Shown in pieces: positions 54,638 through 64,000 of a stretch of 64,000 nt of DNA (its first letter is position 1; each line of letters starts with the position of its first letter). This stretch comes from Octopus vulgaris (lineage: Eukaryota), in assembly GCA_951406725.2 (NCBI GenBank), contig OX597814.1, positions 19,034,001 to 19,098,000 on the forward strand, read 5' to 3'. Under the pieces are notes generated by a model. It saw only the letters and a list, made by a program, of their open reading frames with translations. It had not been told where the DNA came from and made no database searches. A program made the translations under genes and the position numbers.

Positions 54638-55070
54638 TAGTTTTATTTTTATAGCGTGCTTTCACTCCACTACCGAGCGCAGCTCTGTGTGCCTTGGGTA
54701 TGTGCTGTGATTTGTTGTGATGCTCTGATGGTTATTGTATGGAAAGTTTTCTGCGTAGGATGTGTGCAGTGCCTAGTAGTGCAATTTTCTGTATGTTATA
54801 TGTGTTTGTAAGTCCTGGTGTTTTTGTTATGTATTTGTCTGAATATTTTTTTATCATGCCTAATGCACCTACTATGATAGGAATTGTTTCTGTTTTCAGA
54901 TTCCACATTCTAGTTACCTCTATTTCCAGGTCTTTGTATTTTGAGAGTTTCTCCATTTCTTTTAGAGACACGTTGTCATCTGCCGGTATTGATACATCAA
55001 TTAGAAAGCATTTTTTTTCTTCATGATCTCTGACAACTATATCTGGTCTGTTGGCCTTAATTTCTCTATC
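54635..55070 (-). mobile_element. Young 5'-truncated R4/Dong-like retrotransposon, open REL frame
   Basis: DREIKANRPDIVVRDHEEKKCFLIDVSIPADDNVSLKEMEKLSKYKDL..PIIVGALG..IQKIALLGTAHILRRKLSIQ*; (TAA)n on both sides. Confidence 0.92.
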
Positions 55071-55508
<438 letters not shown>

Positions 55509-55958
55509 TTTACTTCTCAGATCGCTCGATCATGTGACTATATTGCTAATACTGGAATCTATATATTGTTTTACTAGTATTAGTGTTATTAATAATAAGA
55601 ATAATGATATTGGTAGCATTAGTGGTAATGACAATGGTAATGATGTTAACATTAATGACATTTTGGAAATTAATAAGAATTAATATAACGTACTCTTGAC
55701 TCTGTATATCTGCATTTAGGTATTAATATGTGTATGTTTTCTACATTGTAATATCACAATATTAAGTTGAAAAACTGTAACATTTAATGTGGAACATATG
55801 TATGTTTATTGATTTATATTATTTATATTATTATGTATATGTATATTTATATGTATAGGAGTATGAGTATATGCACCCATATGTATATGTATATGTTTTA
55901 TTATGGGTATGTACCCACACCTATATAAGTGTATATGTAATCTGATTTGTATTACATA

Positions 55959-56085
55959 ATCTCCGAAGAGGCCTTAGGATATTTTTGTAAATGTCTCATT
56001 TATAACTACATATTGACCTACCATAAATGGCTAATATAAGTAAAATGAGACATACTTATCTGCATGGCCGAAACAGCTGTAAGAT
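55959..56085 (+). ncRNA. Hammerhead ribozyme with ~100-nt stem II and variant core CCGAAGA, in a pLTR-like segment (~55620-56300)
   Basis: AUCU-CCGAAGA-GGCC-[..AUGUCUCAUUU..AAAUGAGACAU..]-GGCC-GAAAC-AGCU-GUA-AGAU. Stem III is the 8-nt palindrome ACAGCUGU. Confidence 0.78.
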
Positions 56086-56301
56086 GTAGTTTATATTTAT
56101 ATTTATATTTACTTATATTTATATTCTCTTATACATATTGTACTTATTGTATCACATTACACCTTTATGTACACTGTTTTGTTGTGTATTATTATGTTTG
56201 ACCTTAAGGTTTCTTATGTGGTGGTTTAATAAAGTATGTGATTGGGTATTATCTGGTAATTGATATTTGATTTGGATGTATTTCTCCATTTTCTTATATT
56301 T

Positions 56302-56372
<71 letters not shown>

Positions 56373-57102
56373 ATACATATATATATACATATATATTTAT
56401 ATAATATATATTATATATTACAATATATATTATATGTATTATATATATATATATATATATATATATCTCCCCTCCTCCGTCTTTTTCTTAATTTTTCCAC
56501 GCCTTATGTCTCTCCACCTTCTCTCTCTCTCTCCCCCTTACTGTTCTGTCTTGAATGATATCTCAGTCTTTTTCTATCTCTCTTACCGTATTTCTTTCTT
56601 TCCATTTCTCTGTCGCACACTCTTTCTCTCTCTCCCTCTTCTCCCTCTTCTTCCCCTTCTCTCTCTAATAATATATAATCCTACTCCTTCTTTCTGTCTC
56701 TCTGTGTAGCTATCTCGAATGGTATCTCATTCTTTCACTCTTTCTCTCACATTGTATTTCTGTGTGAGTACCCTTATGTGAATTTTCCACACGAAACTCT
56801 GCAGATGTCAAACGATATTAAATTTCACCCCTAAAAGCTAAATTTTGTTGTGAGCTTCCCAAATGTTGAAAGGGACAAAAGTGTACAGTGACATAACCTC
56901 ATGAAAATAAGAGTGTTTAATCTCAAAATCTAACTGAATACACTGAAAAATAGAAATGAAATAAATAGTGTATGGTCTTTGCATTAACAACAGTAACACT
57001 TAGGACTTTTACAAGTCAACGACTTAACTACTAAAAGAACAGACTACATTCTACACATAGCAGGCATATATCACTGAAACCTCGGCTTATAAAATGGAAG
57101 AA

Positions 57103-57187
57103 TACTCTTTACTCTTTTACTTGTTTCAGTCATTTGACTGCGGCCATGATGGAGCACCTCCTTTAGTCGAGCAAATCGATCCCAGGA

Positions 57188-57248
<61 letters not shown>

Positions 57249-57652
57249 TCTCTTTTACTCTATTTTACTTGTTTCAGTCATTTGACTGCGGCCATGCTGG
57301 AGCACCGCCTTTAATCGAGCAAATCGACCCCAGGACTTATTCTTTTGTAAGCCCAGTACTTATTCTATCGGTCTCTTTTGCCGAACCGCTAAGTAACGGG
57401 GACATAAACACACCAGCATCGGTTGCCAGGCAATGCTAGGGGGACAAACACAGACACACAAACACACACACACATATACATATATACATATATACGACGG
57501 GCTTCTTTCAGTTTCCGTCTACCAAATCCACTCACAAGGCTTTGGTCGGCCCGAGGCTATAGTAGAAGACACTTGCCCAAGGTACCACGCAGTGGGACTG
57601 AACCCGTAACCATGTAGTTGGTAAACAAGCTACTTACCACACAGCCACTCCT
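57103..57652 (-). mobile_element. SINE family 3 full copy (57246-57652) plus an extra tail copy (57103-57190) separated by (TA)n
   Basis: Reverse complement of 25391-25836. Confidence 0.9.
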
Positions 57653-57674
57653 ATATACGCACACATACACACAC

Positions 57675-57868
57675 ATGTGTGTGAGTCGTTGGCGATTTTC
57701 TTCCTCCGTCTTCCCTTCTTTTGGACTCCCCTCTATTTCTGCAAAAGAACTTTGCTCGAAACGTTAAATCATCTTTCCTTCTTTTTCTGAGCGTCTGATA
57801 ATACGTCACTTGTACCACGTCCTCGCGTTTTTGTTTTTTCATATTTGTTTTTCTTTATTTGGAGTCAC

Positions 57869-57870
<2 letters not shown>
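57675..57870 (+). mobile_element. Distant family A relative with a decayed hammerhead (~57736-57769)
   Basis: UUU-CUGCAAA-AGAAC-uuu-GCUC-GAAAC-GUU-AAA, followed by CTGAGCG..TAATAC as in family A, then (TA)n. Confidence 0.55.
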
Positions 57871-57917
<47 letters not shown>

Positions 57918-58489
57918 TTAAATATACATAAATAAATATATGTATACAGATAAAAGAAGGAAATAAAATTGTTATGCGCATCTGCATCGTATACACGTAA
58001 ACACACTCACAGTACATACATACATTCATTCAAACATACATACATACATACATACATACATACATACATACATACATACATACATACATACATACATACA
58101 TACATACATACATACATACACACATACATATACACACATATAATTATTGCCATGACAATATTTGAAATGGTTCGACGTATTTACAGCAATCTAATGGCAG
58201 CCATATTTTATCAGAACTTGTTCAGAAAAATCGTCCTGTTTGCTATATTTACTGTGATTCAATTTAGATAGAAAAGCTTGACTTCAAAATCGTTCAATAT
58301 GGAATAATGCCAGTGGGGAAGGTTTTAATCGAAAACAATTCTATATTTATCTTCTTCAGATGCAGTCGTGGCATTCCAACAAAATAGATTCTCGCAGAAC
58401 AGAAATACGGTTCCAACTACGAATACATTTTCATAGAAGCCTTCTCTACTTTTACGCTAACACCCCACTAAACGTAAAGGCACTCAGTG

Positions 58490-58525
<36 letters not shown>

Positions 58526-58680
58526 GTGTGTGAGTGTGCGTTACATATATGAGTGTGTATATATATATATATATATATATACAATTATATATATATGCAT
58601 GCACGTGCGTGTAAGCACATCCATACACGTATACACACATGCATATATGTATATATAAATGTATGTATATATAAATATAT

Positions 58681-58721
<41 letters not shown>

Positions 58722-58977
58722 AAGAAAGAGAGACAGAGAAAAACAGGAAAACAGATGGATATATGAGTAAGTATTGATTTGTACATCTAAATATAATCAC
58801 ATTCTATATTACAACGCTTAACGTATCAGCCTTCCACTCTCCTTTCGTTCTCGTCTCTCTCTGACATCACTCACTCACTCACTCACTCACTCACTCACTA
58901 ATTTATTCACTCACTCACTCACTCACTCACTTACTCACTCACTCACTCCACTCACTCTCTCTCTCCCTCCTTCTATT

Positions 58978-59019
<42 letters not shown>

Positions 59020-59020
<1 letters not shown>

Positions 59021-59657
59021 TAGCAGTATCGCCCGGCGTTGCTCGGGTTTGTAAGGGAAATAACTATATAAGCATTTTTAGAGAGTTATAGCCAAAAAAT
59101 AGCAAAAAATGCATTAAAAATGGAAAAAATATGATGGTAAATTTTTTTTTAAATCGTTGACTCATCGTAGACATTTTTAGAGAGTTACTTCCCTTATATA
59201 ATAGCGAAAAAATGCATTAAAATGGAAAAAAAAACGATGGTAAATTTTTTTTTAAATCGTAGACTCATGTAGACGCTTTCTTAGCCATTTCTGTTTTGGT
59301 GTCTTCAAGCCATGAAGTCGTTGTTCTAAAAGAACACTGGTCTCCTTGACAACGCATTACGACGTTGATTTCCTTACACTCCCTTCCCCACAGGTGCAGG
59401 TGTGAGCGTGGACGCCAACTCCGCCGCCATCGACACACGAAAAATTATGCATTAAAATGGAATAAAAAATGATGTTAAATTATTTTTAAAATCGTAGACT
59501 CATCGTAGACGCGCGCTAATATTCAGACAGGCTCGATATGAATCACGACTATAAGCTACCCGAATTTGGTTAAACTGTACCGCAAAATGTGGGAGTAGTT
59601 AGGAATCTAAATCGAAGGGGACAGACACTCACACAACTACAGTTTTATATATATAGA
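59020..59657 (-). mobile_element. Non-autonomous Helitron with internal tandem repeats
   Basis: Minus strand begins A|TCTATATATATAAAAC and ends CCCGAGCAACGCCGGG..CTAG|T; three copies of ATGCATTAAAA(A)TGGAA..AAATCGTWGACTCAT. Confidence 0.9.
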
Positions 59658-59699
59658 TATACATAGCGCAGTAGTGGTGAGATATGACAGCAAAGAAAA

Positions 59700-60030
59700 G
59701 CATACATTCACTCTCTGCATGCAATTAGACTCGGAAAGTTCGTGAGGAACCCATTGACCCAATTTGCTGACTTTTCCGATAGCACACAGGTGTCAATGAA
59801 TGGTTGAATGACCAAATCCAAGCTTCTCTGCTAGTTCCTCAACAGTTACGATGATATTTTGTTCCACCAGGGTTTTCAGGATGTCCTTGTCGAGTTCTAC
59901 AGATCTTTCAGGATGAGGCTCGTCTTCTAGGCTGTAGTTTATGGCTCGGGATTTCTGGAACCACCATTGACACTGCCTTACGCTTATTGTCCAATCCCCA
60001 TATACTGCATTAATATTTCTTGTACTTTGC
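59700..60030 (-). pseudogene. Mariner transposase N-terminal fragment
   Basis: TRNINAVYG..ISVRQCQWWFQKSR..SLEDEPHPER..TVEELAEKLGFGHSTIH (bipartite HTH). Confidence 0.87.
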
Positions 60031-60333
60031 ACACATTTATATTCTGTTATTCTTTTATATGTTTCAGCCTTGAGGTTGTGGCCATGCTGGATCATGTGTG
60101 TGTGTGTGTCTATCTGTCTGTCTGTCTGTATGTATATATGTATATGTGTGTGTGTGAACAATAATATTTTCAACAGATGTGTTGCAAATGTATCTGATTG
60201 TTCTCAAGCTTCAATACTGTGTGTGTGTGTATGTGTGTGTGTGTATGTATGTATGTATATGTATGTATGTATGTATATGTATGTATGTATGTGTGTATGT
60301 ATGTATGTGTGTGTGTATGTATGTGTGTGTGTA

Positions 60334-60364
<31 letters not shown>

Positions 60365-60957
60365 ATGTATGTATGTATGTATGTATGTATGTATGTGTAT
60401 GTTTACTTTATTACTAATTACTCTCTTCCAAGAACATTTTCACTCACTCTTAGCTCTTAGCTTCCCATACATTTTACTCATGTATCTATCAGCGTCATAG
60501 ACAGAATACTTTCACTTTAGTCTTTCTCAAATCACTCTGTCGCTATTTACTTTCATTTTATTCGTTGCCCACTGTGTGTGTGCGTTTGCGTGTGGTGTAA
60601 ACCAGACTAAGAAAAGCATTTGACACACACACCAGAATGTGAGTTTTCTGTAAATTTTGCTTAATTGGAGTTTAAATTTTAAAAACTGGACCTGGCATGA
60701 CGCGATGCATTGTACTCTCAAAAATGCTAGGTAAATTGTAATTGAAGAAATACTATATTGTAGATTTGTATAACTCCCAAAGGGAGGCAGATAAAATCTG
60801 CCTTTTATAATAAGAGATATATGTATGTATGTATGCATGTATGTATGTATGTATGTATGTTTGAATGTGTGTCTGTATGTAGATTTGTATGAACGTGCGC
60901 GTGTGTACTTATATATGCATATACCTACATACCTGCATGTATATATATATATACATA

Positions 60958-61069
<112 letters not shown>

Positions 61070-61384
61070 AATATATATATATATATTTATATAATGACAC
61101 ACTCTACCCACGCATAGTTTTGTGCTTTATATCGTTATCCGAAATTCCGAAATTTCCTTATGAACTGAAGGGTACATTCTTATTTATGATGCTGCTTTTT
61201 TTAGCTATTGAAATAAATATTTACTTGTTTACAATCTCGTATGCCCACAATACCTGTATTGTCCAGGTTGGGTCAATAATGTTTTCATACTTCAAGCTTT
61301 AATTAATATTGAAATTACATACGAAAAGTGTTTATTGATCAGAATATATCCTATCATATTCTTCTGTTTGATGTCATCGTTGTG

Positions 61385-61750
61385 TTAGAAGCTCGATTCT
61401 ACGCTTATAACATTTGGCTGATTTGGAGTCAAAAGCCCTCTGCAACCATTTACAAATTCATCAAACCTGTTGATCCTCCCTCGAGCAGGCATTGAATCAT
61501 GGCTCAGAGAAGATGTAATATGATGGCGCAACATCTGGACAGCAGGTAGGATGGGGCAGCACTTCCAGGCCCTCAAGATCCTCACGTTTGCTCCTGGTCA
61601 CATTAACAGTGTGTACTGGGGCATAGTTATACTATAGAAGTGCTCATCTTCGATTAATCAATTCCTGGTAGCGTGTTTTCAAAGGATTGTACACTAGCTG
61701 CAGTTGTTGAGCAGAACCACTAGCTTTCGCAGTATGCCGTTATTCGTTCA
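61385..61750 (-). pseudogene. Decayed mariner transposase C-terminal fragment
   Basis: QQLQLVYNPLKTRYQELINRR..YNYAPVHT..LEVLPHPTCCPDVAPSYYIF, resembling HDNARPH..WEVLPHPPYSPDLAPSDYHLF. Confidence 0.72.
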
Positions 61751-63570
61751 GAATCCGGATCCTATTTTAGAAGTCGTAGAAGTTATTTTACTATGAAATT
61801 TTACTCAAACCTCTATTGATAAAACTGGGTTTCGGGAAATCTTCCCAGCTACCTTCTAGGCACTTACATTTCTATTAACTCCTTAAGATATCCAGATTCA
61901 ATATACGCATTATCAATTCTTGAAATTATTTGCATGAATCTCTTCAAACCTTTTACTAGACTATGGTAACAGTATATTTCTTCATTCTATGATAGTGTCT
62001 ATTGGACAATTTTTTTCGAAACCGCAATGATACTTCCAAAATGTCTTTGATATTTTTATTGCTTGTATAACGTTGTAATTAATTGTTTCACAGACTGGTA
62101 TACATCATTAGTTACTGTAATTAATCTACTTGAAGTTCTCCTAAGATAAAATGCTTGAAAATGGAAATAACTGCCCGATCGATAAGATGTATGAATATTA
62201 TGTATGATGGCATGAAAATTGCTATAGCTATTACATATGTTTATAGTGAATTGAAATTTGAAAGATGACCATACTCTTTGGCCGGCCGAAACCAGAACCT
62301 TAAATTATTCTTTTCATAGTAACGTTTGACAGCAGGGGAGAAATGCGATCAATAAAGTATTCGGTAACCATATCCTGTTGAATTCTCAACATCCTCTATA
62401 CAATTTCCATATAACATGTACGCAATATTTGGAAACTCGTTTAATTGTTCTTGGAGAAAAAGAACGAATAACAAGCAATGCCTTCAATTTAAGTTTTTAC
62501 TGTCATTTTGCTCTTATGCAATAGAATACTTTTCTAGTGTAATTTGAGATTTAAGTTTTAGAAGATAACATTTTAAAAATTATATGTATTTATCTACCTT
62601 AAAAGCTAGATTTCCTCAATAATTACTTGTTGCTTTATACGCTAAAATGTTGATGTAATTAATTTCTAATGCTGGAAGTTTGTCAAAGCTTGCTGATGGA
62701 TTCGTTTCCCATTGCTTTAAAGATTAAATAGTTACTTGAACTTTACAAACCACAGTAAATTACGAGTCACTAAATGAATTGCTTAGGAATTTTTCTCTTT
62801 TTCACAGATTATATTTTAGAAAATTTACTGGATAGAGTGGCCCTATGAAAAACTATACGATAATTTTTTTCATGTTTTAGTATGTAAACATATTACTTCA
62901 AAGTGTTACACCAAATTGTCATTTGCAACAATTACAGAAGATTAAAAACATACGAAATTATTGCTCAACCAGAACGATGTAACTAAAGCAAATTCATAAT
63001 ATAAAAGCAAGCAAGGTGAAGAACCTTCAGAGCTTTCATTTGTACGTGATAAAACATCTGCAAGATGGTTTAAATTTAAGCAGGAAATTCGGAGGAAGAA
63101 TTTATATTGTATTGTTTGTGATTTAAAATTGTTGCAATATTAAGCATCTTTATAATAGGGATATGTGCAACAAGGAAATGCAAACTCCGTTTTTGGAGAA
63201 GGCGCCGGAAATCTTAATGGATCTGGAGAAAAGGTTAGCTGATAAAAAAGTGTTGCTCTCGTATTCAAAAACGTATAAATTCATTTCAAATAGTAATTTC
63301 TTGAAATTGTTCCTCTTTCTCATTCAGGCCTGCTAATATTCGCAGCTAGGTCTTAATTTCCTTTACCTATCAGTAAAGGGATATTTTATGAAGGTGAGAA
63401 TTTATCATGTACAAAATATAGTATCTATGAATGAATATATATGTATATTAGACATATGTATATATTATATATTATATATATATATAATGTAATATTACAT
63501 TATTAATATACTATACAATATTTTATAAGATTATATTGCATATATATCATATATACTTTAATATATATAT

Positions 63571-63609
<39 letters not shown>

Positions 63610-63667
63610 GTGTATGTGTGTGTGAGCATACATATATACGTAGACAGATAGATAGATAAATAGCTAA

Positions 63668-63737
<70 letters not shown>

Positions 63738-63738
<1 letters not shown>

Positions 63739-63975
63739 TCTTTATTGGCCACACAGGGGACAAATACAAATGTAGAGAAAAAAGGAGGGAAAATAAGAAG
63801 AAAATTCCGATTAAAAGGAATCGGGAAAAACAAACGATCAAAAGGGATCGTGTACGACAAAAGAATTTTTTAAATGTGAAAAGTAAGATCAGGTTTAACC
63901 GTGGAAAGAAAAGCCTACGGAAAATACCACGGTAACCTCAGGAAGAGAGGGAATATACACATGAGAGCAACTTTC
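63738..63975 (-). mobile_element. 3' UTR of a Tx1/L1-like LINE ending in (TATC)n (63645-63737)
   Basis: Minus strand TTTGTCCCCTGTGTGGCCAATAAAGA-TATCTATC.. Confidence 0.65.
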
Positions 63976-64000
63976 TCTCTCTCTCTCTTTTCGATTTAGA

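Noticed and set aside
61760-63400. Long AT-rich non-microsatellite stretch, possible old transposase or exons
   Set aside because: No sustained ORF or recognisable motif.

Overview
This is AT-rich, repeat-saturated animal DNA. The SINE families and the extreme (TA)n/(TAA)n/(GATA)n density point to an Octopus-type cephalopod genome (inference). I found no supportable host protein-coding gene; nearly all listed ORFs are microsatellite artefacts. The window holds: one near-intact DD34D mariner (19-1308) plus five decayed mariner remnants; a pogo/Tigger-like MITE; two non-autonomous Helitrons and a Helitron helicase relic; three tRNA-headed SINE families; stacks of 5'-truncated R4/Dong-like restriction-endonuclease retrotransposons inside (TAA)n tracts; Tx1/L1-like 3' ends; and a Penelope-like RT/GIY-YIG relic. 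The most notable signal is about a dozen minimal type-I hammerhead ribozyme motifs from roughly seven sequence-distinct families. Most have a self-complementary, loop-less or tiny-looped stem III (dimer-type architecture). Several carry non-canonical cores: CUGUYGA in a multi-copy (TA)n-associated non-coding element, and CCGANGA in two others. All folds were assigned by eye and none has been tested.
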